The position numbers and the translations under genes were made by a program. Below the pieces are notes generated by a model that worked only from the letters and a program-made list of their open reading frames with translations, had not been told where the DNA came from and searched no databases. Below are positions 1 through 8,608 of a stretch of DNA of 64,000 nt, one piece after another. Every line of letters starts with the position of its first letter. The first letter of the stretch is position 1. The DNA comes from an uncultured delta proteobacterium (GTDB taxonomy: Bacteria; Myxococcota_A; Polyangia; Polyangiales; JAFGIB01), in the NCBI GenBank assembly GCA_963778655.1, contig CAVZVA010000010.1, positions 576,001 through 640,000 on the forward strand. The letters are read 5' to 3'.

Positions 1-171
1 ATCGTGCAACGGGAAGGCGGCGAGGAGGCGGTTCCTTCTTCCGAGCCGGAGCTCGAGGCGGCCGGCTACCATAATCCCTCCGAGTTCTACCAGGGACGGC
101 CGTAGCGTAAGGAATACACCTCCCGCTCCGCGTCGCGCATCAGGGCCACGGGCAAGGCGAGTCTTCGGCAT

Positions 172-338
172 GCCCAACGGCCCTCGGCTTCAGCTGCGAG
201 GCCCGCGGTGAGCTTGCCCCCGCCGAGGCCGCGGGCCCGCGATTTCCATGCAGTTTATCACGCCGTCATGGGCCCGCGTACGCCAACCTCTCCGCACACC
301 ACATGGCGGGGCTCGTCAGCTGCAAGCCGTAGTTAGCC
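172..338 (-). repeat. attC site 1
   Basis: GCCCAAC...CTTCAGCTG / CAGCTGCAAG...GTTAGCC inverted arms; the TAA of the upstream gene lies in the R'' box. Confidence 0.9.
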
Positions 339-605
339 CGCCCTCTTGCGCCGACGTGCGAGACGCGCTGGCATCTGGTCCTGCTTCTGGGGTTCAACGT
401 CGGGAACCTTGGCTAGTACTGCTTTCAGTTTCCGGCGCGACCCGCGCGACCCGCGTTTCTCCAGATAGTCTTCGGTCATGAGCGCGGCCAGCTTCTCCGC
501 GACAGCGGAGTTGATGAGCTGGTTGATCGAAATGCCCTCGCGCTCGGCCAGCGCCTTGAGGTTGCGATGAATCGACTCGGGAAGGCGCAGACTGAGAGTG
601 CTCAT
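333..605 (-). CDS. RHH/HicB-like antitoxin
   Basis: MSTLSLRLPESIH...EGISINQLI ribbon-helix-helix; ATGA overlap with the PIN gene. Confidence 0.8.
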   Translation of the reverse strand: MSTLSLRLPESIHRNLKALAEREGISINQLINSAVAEKLAALMTEDYLEKRGSRGSRRKLKAVLAKVPDVEPQKQDQMPARLARRRKRAG

Positions 606-1021
606 TTCACACCTCGCAAACGGTGAAGCAGCTTGGCCGGGGTGAGCACGGCGACACCGAAAGCGTCGAGGGCACCGAAGTCGCGGACATTGTGCGTGAC
701 AATGGCCGAGCACCCGGCCGCGATGGCGAGCTCAGCAACCATGTCGTCCTTGGGATCGGGCAAGAGAGGTCGCCAGAGGAAGAAGATAGCTTGCCGGTGA
801 GCAAGCGAGCAGATGGCGTCGATGAAGTCCCGCACGTCCTGCGGTTTGAATGGGCCTGCGACCTCGCGCAGCAGCACATCCTCGTACTCAAGGACGAGTG
901 GCACGGAGACGGCAGCCTCGAAATCGCCTCCTTCGAGGTGCTCAAGCAAGGTGAACGAAGCCCCGCGTCGCGACCGGAGAGCCGAGACAAGGATGTTGGT
1001 GTCCAGGACGATCCGAAGCAC
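602..1021 (-). CDS. PIN-domain toxin
   Basis: VLDTNILVSA, LEYEDV, DPKDD, VTHNVRDF PIN motifs. Confidence 0.9.
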   Translation of the reverse strand: MLRIVLDTNILVSALRSRRGASFTLLEHLEGGDFEAAVSVPLVLEYEDVLLREVAGPFKPQDVRDFIDAICSLAHRQAIFFLWRPLLPDPKDDMVAELAIAAGCSAIVTHNVRDFGALDAFGVAVLTPAKLLHRLRGVK

Positions 1022-1098
1022 GATCGCATGGTATTGCCGATAATACCACGAAGTCCAGCGCGATGCACGCGGTCACCCGACGCGCTTCGGTCGGGCTA

Positions 1099-1272
1099 GT
1101 CAAAATGGAACGACCGGCTCCATCACGAGACCGTAGGTTACGCTCGGTCCGTTGAAGAGCCAAGACGCAGAGCTACACGTGAAAGGAGCCGGTCATGGGC
1201 AAGACTACACGATACGTGGGAATGGATGTACACGCCGCGACGATCGCGGTCGCAGTGGTCGAGGGACGCGGG
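1099..1272 (+). mobile_element. Left-end fragment of a second IS110-family element inserted in an attC R' box
   Basis: Expected GGCTAAC is broken after GGCTA; ORF from 1195 MGKTTRYVGMDVHAATIAVAVV is a DEDD_Tnp_IS110 N-terminus with an AAGGAG RBS; right boundary approximate. Confidence 0.75.
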
Positions 1273-1368
1273 GTTCGCGAACACCTTCGAGACCGCCAAA
1301 CAGTCGGAGTTGCTCCTCGTGGAGGAGCTCCACGTCCTCGACGGTCAAGAACTCGATGGGCGCGGTCA
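1273..1368 (-). pseudogene. doc: Doc/Fic toxin, 3'-truncated
   Basis: (V)TAPIEFLTVEDVELLHEEQLRLFGGLEGVR is a Doc N-terminus; no Fic motif before the IS110 junction. Confidence 0.7.
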
Positions 1369-1597
1369 CTTCGCAAGCTTGCGAAAGGCTCCGCTCGTGC
1401 TTGCGCACGACCCTGGACTGAACCTTCGCGAGTCGCCGCGCGCGCTGGGCTGGCTCTCGGACCGGCGTGATGATGAGCCGCTCGCCGTCGGTCTTGAGAT
1501 CGAGCTCCGTTTCCGGAGTGATGCCGAGCAAATCGAGAATCGGCTTGTCGATGATTATCCCGGCGCTGTTGCCGATTGCCTGGAGACGCTTGGTCAC
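1365..1597 (-). CDS. AbrB/MazE-family antitoxin, frameshifted near its 3' end
   Basis: KRLQAIGNSAGIIIDKPILDLLGI; removing one base near 1390 restores FRKLAK-stop overlapping the doc GTG. Confidence 0.75.
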
Positions 1598-1666
1598 CCG
1601 ATGTTCATAACACCGTTGGCAACGCGCCGCAAGCCGCATCTCTTCTCGGGGCACAACGCCCAGTCC

Positions 1667-1829
1667 GCCCAACGGACTTGGGTTTCAGCTGCGAGGCCGT
1701 GCGAGCGCAACCGTAGTCCGCGCACGCGCAGCGGGCGCGGACGGCGCTACTCCCGATGTTCTCGCCGACCTCACGGCAGCGCAACACCTCTCCACGCGCG
1801 GTCTTGTCTGCTGCAACCCCGAGTTAGCC
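1667..1829 (-). repeat. attC site 2
   Basis: GCCCAAC...GTTAGCC with L-box arms. Confidence 0.9.
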
Positions 1830-1834
1830 AGCCC

Positions 1835-2068
1835 TCAAGCACTGCGGCCGAGAGTACGAACCGAGATCAGGTCCTCGTCCCGTATTGCTCGGACATCACG
1901 CGTCGTGAGCTCAACGAGCGCCTGAGTTCGACCCGATGCACGCACGAACTCGACATCGAGCCCATCCGGCTCGTACACCTCAACCACCGCACCGAGATCG
2001 CCGCGCCGAAGTCCATGCTCGGGCACATCACGTTCAAGCACTACGGTATCGAGCGGCTCGAAGTTCAT
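1835..2068 (-). CDS. DUF4926-like small protein
   Basis: DTVVLERDVPEHGLRRGDLGAVVEVY...VEFV. Confidence 0.8.
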   Translation of the reverse strand: MNFEPLDTVVLERDVPEHGLRRGDLGAVVEVYEPDGLDVEFVRASGRTQALVELTTRDVRAIRDEDLISVRTLGRSA

Positions 2069-2406
2069 GGTGCTTCTCCTGGCATCGCCGTCACAAGTCT
2101 CGGGATCTCTTCGCCGTGTCGAACAATCCAGATCGTCAGTACAGCCGCCGATCGCCCAGACGGCCCCTTCAGGATAGCAGCAATCTCGTACTTGTTCCCG
2201 AACCGGCTGAGCTTCCCGTGCACGGCCTCGCCTTGCGCAGCGATCCGAAGCAAGGCCCGCTGCAATTCAGGCCACTTCTCCTCGGAGTACCCAAGCTCCG
2301 CGAAGAACGCAGCCTTGAACCGGCCCACCGCGTGCGTGGGCGAGAGCAAGTATCCGCGAACCTTTTCCGGTTCAACGACCGCGCGGTCTGCAAATGGAAG
2401 CTTCAC
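2065..2406 (-). CDS. DUF6883-like protein
   Basis: KVRGYLLSPTHAVGRFKAAFF...GPSG...TIWIV...PRLVTA; ATGA overlap with the DUF4926 gene. Confidence 0.75.
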   Translation of the reverse strand: MKLPFADRAVVEPEKVRGYLLSPTHAVGRFKAAFFAELGYSEEKWPELQRALLRIAAQGEAVHGKLSRFGNKYEIAAILKGPSGRSAAVLTIWIVRHGEEIPRLVTAMPGEAP

Positions 2407-2568
2407 GTGTCCGCCTTCGAGGTCTGGCTAACGGACCTGGGTTCAGCTGCGAGGCCGCGCGCCCCGCTACGCTAGTCCGCGCACGCGAAGCGCGCGCGGA
2501 CGCCCTACTCGCGATAGTCGCGCCGACGCGACGGCAGCGCAACTCGATCCCGCGCGCGGCGTCGTCAG

Positions 2569-3968
2569 TCAGCTATAGGCCGTTCGTAGAAATCAGTGGG
2601 GATGCCTCGGGGTGAACCTCGAGTCGACAAGGTCGCCCATGGTTCGTGCAGGAGGTCATCCCCATGAAGAAGCGTATCTATCGTCGAGTACGGGTCAAGG
2701 ACGTCGCCGCCGAGGGGCTACTGGAGAAGCTGCCGGAGCCAGTGGTGATCGTGGCTCTGGACGTGGCCAAGCACGCGCAGGTGGCGGCGTTCGCGGGAGC
2801 GGAGTCGGGCGTGGCGGCGACGGTGAGCTTCCGCCATCCCGAGGAGAGCCCGGCGTGGCTCGCGCTGGTGGCCGGCTTGGTGGCACGCGGTAAGCGGGTA
2901 GCATGCTGGCGCTCTTGTCACGTATGGGCGGCCCGTCGGAGGTCGCGTCGTCGCAGCCGCAGGCTCGCGCGCTGCTGCACGGCATGAGCCGCGGGCTGAT
3001 GAAGCCCGAGCGCATCGCGGCGGCGGTCGGCTCGGCGGCGACGACGTTGGGAGCACCGATGTTGGCGGCGGAGCGGGAGCGGATGTCGCACCTGGCCGAG
3101 GAGCTTCACCGCACGCTCAAGGCTTGTAAGCACGCTCGGCAGCGCGTGGTGGAGCTCGGCAAGAGCGTGCCCGAGGTCGCGCAGCTCGGCGCCGTGGTCG
3201 GAATGACGACCGCGGCGGTGTTGTTCGCAGAGGTGGGCAGCCCCAGGGACTTCTGCTGCGCGCAGGCGTACGTGAAAGCGTTCGGCCTGAACCTGCGCGA
3301 GAAGAGCAGCGGCGCGCACCAAGGCCGGCCGTCGCTGACCAAGCGCGGCTCGTCGCGAGCACGCATGATGTTGTGGCTGGCGGTGCTGCGCTGGGTGCAG
3401 AGCGATGCGGTCGCTGCCGCCTGGTACCAGCGCAAGGTCGAGCGCGATGGTGGCCGCAAGATGCCCGCGCTCGGCGCGCTGATGCGCAAGCTCGCCAAGG
3501 CGCTGTACCACGTCGGCCGCGGCGAGGCGTTCGACGTGCACAGGCTCTTCGACTGCGCGCGGCTGGGCGTCGAGGACGTCGCTGCGGTGCAGTCGACGCC
3601 CTCGCTCGAGGCGATGGAGGTCACCAGGTAGCCACGACCTGTTCGTGCATCGCCCGCAAGGCTTCCGACGGGGTGACCTTCAGTTGCAACTCCTGGTCCG
3701 CGCTCGTGAGACCCCTTGTCAGTCCCGAGGCGCCCCGGCGGTCGTGTCGCGCAACGCAATGCCCAACGAAGCTGATTCGGCGCCGCAGAGCGGACGTCCC
3801 ACGTAAGAGCTTTGGCCTACCTGCCCCGCACGACCCGGAACGCATTGCCGGCGAGCACTCACTCACCTCGCTCGAGATCGCCCCGACCCTCGTTCCCGGC
3901 GACGGCGCACTCGTGCGAGAAGCGGGGTCTCGATCGATACGATCGTTTGCGCTTGCACGAGCTACAAG
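2569..3968 (+). mobile_element. IS110/IS1111-family element copy 1, internally deleted
   Basis: Near-identical to 13605-15359 except for loss of the 355 bp equal to 13936-14290; flanked by AG. Confidence 0.92.
2664..3631 (+). pseudogene. IS110 transposase with deletion and frameshift at about 2899
   Basis: N- and C-terminal parts match the 13700-15022 protein in different frames. Confidence 0.9.
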
Positions 3969-3996
3969 AGCTGCAACCCCGAGTTAGACATCCCTC

Positions 3997-4024
3997 TTGC
4001 ACTACACATGCTCGTGTGTAAACT
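3997..4024 (+). promoter_or_regulatory. sigma70-like promoter and operator of vapBC
   Basis: TTGCAC-N16-TAAACT overlapping palindrome TACACA-N6-TGTGTA. Confidence 0.6.
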
Positions 4025-4031
4025 TCCACGC

Positions 4032-4232
4032 ATGCCCACGAATCTCGCGATTGACGACCAACTTCTCGACGAGGCCCAACGAGTCGGCGGTCATCGTACG
4101 AAGAAGGACACGGTCAACGAAGCACTGCGCGAATACATTCAGCGACGACGCCAGGCCAAGATCGTCAAGCTGTTCGGGACCGTCGAGTTCGAGTCTGCCT
4201 ACGACTACAAGAAGCAGCGGCGCCGCTCGTGA
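4032..4232 (+). CDS. vapB: VapB antitoxin
   Basis: MPTNLAIDDQLLDEA...TKKDTVNEALREYI. Confidence 0.85.
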   Translation: MPTNLAIDDQLLDEAQRVGGHRTKKDTVNEALREYIQRRRQAKIVKLFGTVEFESAYDYKKQRRRS

Positions 4233-4636
4233 ATGTGCTGGTCGACACGTCGGTGTGGTGGCTGGCGCTACGACGCACACGACGCGTTGACGACAACGTG
4301 CCGCGCGAGTTGGCCGAGCTCATCCAGGAGGGACGCGTTGTCGTCATCGGTCCGGTACGACAGGAACTCCTCTCCGGAGTCAAGACGAAGCCGCAGTTCG
4401 AGCAACTCCGCGAGCACTTGCGAGCATTCCCTGATCTCGAACTGGAGTCGACTGACTACGAGGAGGCAGCGGCCTTCTTCAACCGATGCCAGGAACGCGG
4501 CGTTCAGGGTTCGAACACGGACTTCCTGATCTGCGCGGTAGCCATGCGGCGCAACCTCTCGATCTTCACGACCGACAACGACTTCAATCACTTTGCCCGC
4601 GTGCTCAAGATAGATCTTCATGCGCGCCGACCGTAG
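4229..4636 (+). CDS. vapC: VapC PIN toxin
   Basis: VLVDTSVW, RQELLSG, TDFLICA, TTDNDF. Confidence 0.9.
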   Translation: MNVLVDTSVWWLALRRTRRVDDNVPRELAELIQEGRVVVIGPVRQELLSGVKTKPQFEQLREHLRAFPDLELESTDYEEAAAFFNRCQERGVQGSNTDFLICAVAMRRNLSIFTTDNDFNHFARVLKIDLHARRP

Positions 4637-4653
4637 CTGCGTGCACCGGGTAT

Positions 4654-4818
4654 GCCCAACGGAATGGGGTTCAGCTGCAAGGCCGCGCGCCACCGCAACC
4701 GTAGTCGCGCACGCGCAGCGGGCGCCGATGTTCCCGATTCCCGATGGTCGCGCCGACCCAACGGCTGCGCAATACGCTCCCAGCGCGTGGCCTTGTCTGC
4801 TGCAACCCTGAGTTGGGC
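4654..4818 (-). repeat. attC site 4
   Basis: GCCCAAC...GTTGGGC with L-box arms. Confidence 0.9.
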
Positions 4819-4838
4819 AGCCTAACCTCGGCACCTTC

Positions 4839-5321
4839 TCAGTCGACCAGGACTTCGACTTCGATCGGTTCACCGGGTGCCCCGTGTCGGATGTAGCCCG
4901 CAACGATTTCCGCCAACGACAGCGGAGTAAGGCGCTCGGAGGTGATCGCTAGCTCGTGGACAGACCACCAGCGGAACTGGTCGAGGACCTGTGATTCAAC
5001 GGGGTCGGACATCCTGGGCAGAAACTTCTGGACCGCGACGACATGGTACCGCTCGCGTTGTCGTATCCGTCGCTCACCCCAGTTGAACGTGTGCTGGCGA
5101 CGCCACACCAAAGGACCGATAGCGAACTGCTCCAAACCCAGCTCTTCCCGAAGTTCGCGACGGAGGCAGTCCGTTAGGTCCTCGCCCGGATTTGCACCGC
5201 CGCCTGGGGTGATCCAAAACGGAGCGCCCCCGCCGGGCGGACGAATGCGCATCAAGAGAATATCGTGCTCCGGCGTTAGCAGGATTGCTCGGACCGCATC
5301 ACGTTCTACGATCTGCACCAC
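4839..5321 (-). CDS. NUDIX hydrolase cassette
   Basis: Nudix box GGANPGEDLTDCLRRELREELG; GGAGAG RBS before GTG. Confidence 0.9.
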   Translation of the reverse strand: MVQIVERDAVRAILLTPEHDILLMRIRPPGGGAPFWITPGGGANPGEDLTDCLRRELREELGLEQFAIGPLVWRRQHTFNWGERRIRQRERYHVVAVQKFLPRMSDPVESQVLDQFRWWSVHELAITSERLTPLSLAEIVAGYIRHGAPGEPIEVEVLVD

Positions 5322-5354
5322 GCTCTCCGGCTTCTGGACGTCAGGCCTCGGTCT

Positions 5355-5511
5355 GCCCAACGGACCCGGGTTGAGCTGCGAGGACCGCCTCGCTAACGCA
5401 AGCCTGCGGGCACCGGCGCCCGCAGGCGCCCAGCACGAATGGTCGCGCCGACCATACCGAACATCAAGACGTCGCCCGCGCGGCCTTGTCAGATACAACG
5501 GCTAGTTGGGC
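5355..5511 (-). repeat. attC site 5
   Basis: GCCCAAC...GTTGGGC. Confidence 0.88.
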
Positions 5512-5554
5512 AGCCCAATTTGCGGAGCCCGCTCTTCGTGTTACAATGTCTTAC

Positions 5555-5776
5555 ATGAAGTCCTCGACCATCACCATCCGGCTCGACGACGACCTCGAAC
5601 GCGAGCTCGACCGAGCCTGCGCGCATACCGGTCGAACCCGCAGCGAGCTCGCAAGGGAAGCTCTCCGCAGGCAACTCGCCTCGCTTCGATTCGAGCGGCT
5701 GCGCAAGAAGGTTCTGCCTCTCGCGGAAGCGCAGGGCTACGTGACGGACGAAGACGTCTTTCGCGACGTTTCGTGA
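5555..5776 (+). CDS. CopG/RHH antitoxin
   Basis: TITIRLDDDL...RTRSELAREALRR...TDEDVF. Confidence 0.85.
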   Translation: MKSSTITIRLDDDLERELDRACAHTGRTRSELAREALRRQLASLRFERLRKKVLPLAEAQGYVTDEDVFRDVS

Positions 5777-6186
5777 AGGTCTTTTTCGACACCAACGTGC
5801 TGATCGCAGCGTTCGCGACCCGGGGTCTTTGCGCGGATCTGTTTTCGCACGTCCTGCGTGAGCACGAGGTGCTCGTCGGAGAGGTCGTGCTCCACGAGCT
5901 GCGCGACAAGCTGCGAACGAAGTTCAAGCTCCCGAGGAAGTCCATTGACGAAATCGAGGCGCTGCTTCGCGACTGCACCGTCGTACGACGGCCGAGGAAG
6001 CATCTCGCGCTGAAGATCACGGACCCGGACGACGAATGGGTCGTCGCATCGGCGGTCGAGGGAGGCGCAGATGCCCTCGTGACGGGCGACGCCGCCGTCC
6101 TGAAGGTCGCAAAGCGAGCGCCGCTCCGAATCGTGAACCCGCGAGGACTCTGGGAGATCCTGAGAGGTTCGACAACGAAGCGTTGA
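5773..6186 (+). CDS. PIN-family toxin
   Basis: VFFDTNVLIAA, DPDDEWV, LVTGD. Confidence 0.9.
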   Translation: MKVFFDTNVLIAAFATRGLCADLFSHVLREHEVLVGEVVLHELRDKLRTKFKLPRKSIDEIEALLRDCTVVRRPRKHLALKITDPDDEWVVASAVEGGADALVTGDAAVLKVAKRAPLRIVNPRGLWEILRGSTTKR

Positions 6187-6195
6187 CGCCAGTCT

Positions 6196-6352
6196 GCCCA
6201 ACGGACCCGGGTTGAGCTGCGAGGACCGCCTCGCTAACGCAAGCCTGCGGGGCCCGGCGCCCGCAGGCGCCCAGCACAAAGAGTCGCGCTGACTTCCCCG
6301 TTCTGCAAGGCGTCACCCGCGGGCGTCCGTCAGCTGCAAGCCCTGGTTGGGC
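6196..6352 (-). repeat. attC site 6
   Basis: GCCCAAC...GTTGGGC; first ~80 bp nearly identical to attC5. Confidence 0.9.
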
Positions 6353-6405
6353 AGCCCCCCGGCGCGCGCTTCCTCGCAGACGATTCATGCGACACAATAC
6401 TGCGC

Positions 6406-6852
6406 GTGGAGACCTGTCCATTCTGCGCGCTTGCCGCGGGCGGAGCCGACGACGACCTGATTGCCGTACGCACGCGAAGCGCGTTCGCCTTGCCGGCGCC
6501 GAAGCAGCGCCCACGCAATCGTGGGCACATCCTCATCATTCCGAACGCCCACGTCACGGCGTTGGCGGACGTCGAGCCTCCGCTACTGCAGGAGATCTAC
6601 TCGCTAACGGGACGAGTGAGCATTGCGGTGCGGAGTGCCTTCGGTGGTACCGGTGCAATGATCTTCCAAAACGAGAATTTGGCCGACCAAGTCTTGCATC
6701 ACCTTCACATCCACGTCGTGCCGCGCAGCGCAGGTGACGACTTCAAGCTGCCTGACCCGATCAAAGACGAACTCAGTCGTGACGAGCGCGTTCACCAGGC
6801 AGTTGCGCTTCGACGCGGGCTCGCCGAGTCGGCGCGCGGACAACGCGTCTGA
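6406..6852 (+). CDS. HIT-family protein
   Basis: CPFC, GHILIIP, HLHIHVVPR. Confidence 0.9.
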   Translation: METCPFCALAAGGADDDLIAVRTRSAFALPAPKQRPRNRGHILIIPNAHVTALADVEPPLLQEIYSLTGRVSIAVRSAFGGTGAMIFQNENLADQVLHHLHIHVVPRSAGDDFKLPDPIKDELSRDERVHQAVALRRGLAESARGQRV

Positions 6853-6864
6853 CTCCGCCGGTCG

Positions 6865-7037
6865 GCCCAACGGACCACGGGTTCAGCTGCGAAGGCTTCC
6901 GTTGAGGTTGCAGCCACCTCGGCCGCGGGCCCGCGCCCGTCCTTGCTGTTTACCACGATGGATGCGGGCCCACGTAGCACCTCCGCCCAGAGCAGCACTG
7001 GCGGGCCTCGTCAGTCAGCTGCAACTCGAAGTTAGGT
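6865..7037 (-). repeat. attC site 7, carrying an extra TCAG
   Basis: GCCCAAC...GTCAGTCAGCTGCAACTCGAAGTTAGGT. Confidence 0.9.
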
Positions 7038-7111
7038 GGCCCTTCGCTGCTCGGCGCGCGGGACCGCGCGTTCTGGTTCACGGGATCCGTGTCGTGTACG
7101 CTGCCGAAGCC

Positions 7112-7470
7112 GTGTTCGAGATCGTCGGAACAGTTGTCGACGTCGAGACCATCGCGACTGGTCGTGAGATTCGCGAGCTCCGCCGCCTGCAGAGAGCGTA
7201 CGGCCGAGGTCGGTGGCGGAAACGGAAAGGTCGTTGCTAGGATCCGGCTCAACGATGGCAGCCTCCACACAGCGGAAGTCCACTGGTACGAAGCGCACGG
7301 CACCGGCCGCAAAGCGTACAAGATCAAGCGGATCCTCTCGTGACGGTCGCCGCAAGTTCGTCGTGTGCCTGTCGAACGAGGGCTACGCAGCATCGCTCGA
7401 GGTCCGGAAGATCTACGTGACCGTGCCCGACGCCACCGCACTCAAGCTCGGCATGCTGCGCGTAATCGAC
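7112..7470 (+). pseudogene. Small two-gene TA-like pair, frameshifted and truncated by IS66
   Basis: VFEIVGTVVDVETIA...WRKRKG / ARIRL...HWYEAHG then FVVCLSNEGYAASLEVRKIY...LRVID. Confidence 0.6.
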
Positions 7471-7841
7471 GGTCGCTGACGAGGATGCCACGGCGTGGTC
7501 CGAACATCGGCCGGATGGTGTCGCGGCAGCCATCGGCGAAGATCTGGTAGACCGTCGCTGCGGTCGAGGCCAGCGTCCACAGCGACATCAGCTTGCCGGC
7601 GCGTGTCCAGCTCGTGGCGTCGGTGTGCTTGACCCCGGCGTACTGGACCTCGCGCAACGCTTCCTCGTGTGCTGACGCGAGCGCTTCGCTGGCCCGCTGC
7701 TCCATCGCGCTGATGGCGCCGAGCGAGACCTCGATTCCGAACAGTGCGCATACCGCGCATCGTGATCACCTGGATCGGCGCATCGTGACCGCCGCGATCG
7801 GGCATCGTGATCGGGTCGGAGCGAAGCGACGGGTTGTGGGT

Positions 7842-8585
7842 TCAGGCGGCGGTTTGAGCTTTCTCCTTTCGACGTGAGGGACCCTTCATCTTGATCTTGT
7901 GTGCGTTGTGGACGAGGCGGTCGAGGACGGCGTCGGCGATGGTGGGATGGGCGATGTAGTCGTGCCAGTTTTCGACGGGAAGTTGGCTGGTCACGATGGT
8001 GGAGCGAGCGCCATGGCGGTCCTCGAGAATCTCCAGGACGTCGCGGCGTTGCTGGTCGGCCAGCGGTGCCAGGCCCCAGTCGTCGAGGATGAGGACATCG
8101 ACCTTGGCGAGCCGGGCGAGCAGGCGGACGTAGGTGCCGTCGGCGTGAGCCAGACCGAGCTCCTCGAAGAGCCGCGGGACGCGCTTGTAGGCGACGCGGA
8201 AGCCCAAGCGGCAGGCCAGCTGGCCGAGCGCACAGCCGAGATAGCTTTTGCCCACGCCGGTCATCCCGGTGATGAGCAAGTTGGTGTGCTCGCCGATCCA
8301 GCGCCCGGTCGCGAGCTGGCGCAAGAGCGGCTTGTCGAGCTCGCGCTTGGGGCTGAGGTCGACGTCCTCCATGCAGGCGCCGGGAATGCGGAGCTTGGCG
8401 TCGTGCAGCAGCTTCTGCAGGCGCTTGTTGTCGCGGGCGAGCGTCTCGGCCTCGACCAGCAGCGCCAGCCGCTCGTCGAAGCTGAGCTCGGCCGCTGAAG
8501 GGTCCTCGCGCTGGGCGATCCAGGCGGTGGCCATGGTGTAGAGCTTGAGGGTGCGGAGTTTGTCGAGCGTGGGTTCGGTCATCAT
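7842..8585 (-). CDS. istB: IS21 helper ATPase IstB
   Basis: GMTGVGKS, LILDDWG, TSQLP, DRLVHNA. Confidence 0.95.
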   Translation of the reverse strand: MMTEPTLDKLRTLKLYTMATAWIAQREDPSAAELSFDERLALLVEAETLARDNKRLQKLLHDAKLRIPGACMEDVDLSPKRELDKPLLRQLATGRWIGEHTNLLITGMTGVGKSYLGCALGQLACRLGFRVAYKRVPRLFEELGLAHADGTYVRLLARLAKVDVLILDDWGLAPLADQQRRDVLEILEDRHGARSTIVTSQLPVENWHDYIAHPTIADAVLDRLVHNAHKIKMKGPSRRKEKAQTAA

Positions 8586-8608
8586 CGTGGCTGTTGTCCT
8601 TTCTCGAT

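Larger units (their letters stand above)
2426..3989 (-). repeat. attC site 3, interrupted by IS110 copy 1
   Basis: GGCTAAC arm 2426-2568 and CTGCAACCCCGAGTTAGAC arm 3971-3989. Confidence 0.9.

Noticed and set aside
1..105. Possible 3' end of a plus-strand cassette gene
   Set aside because: Too short to identify.
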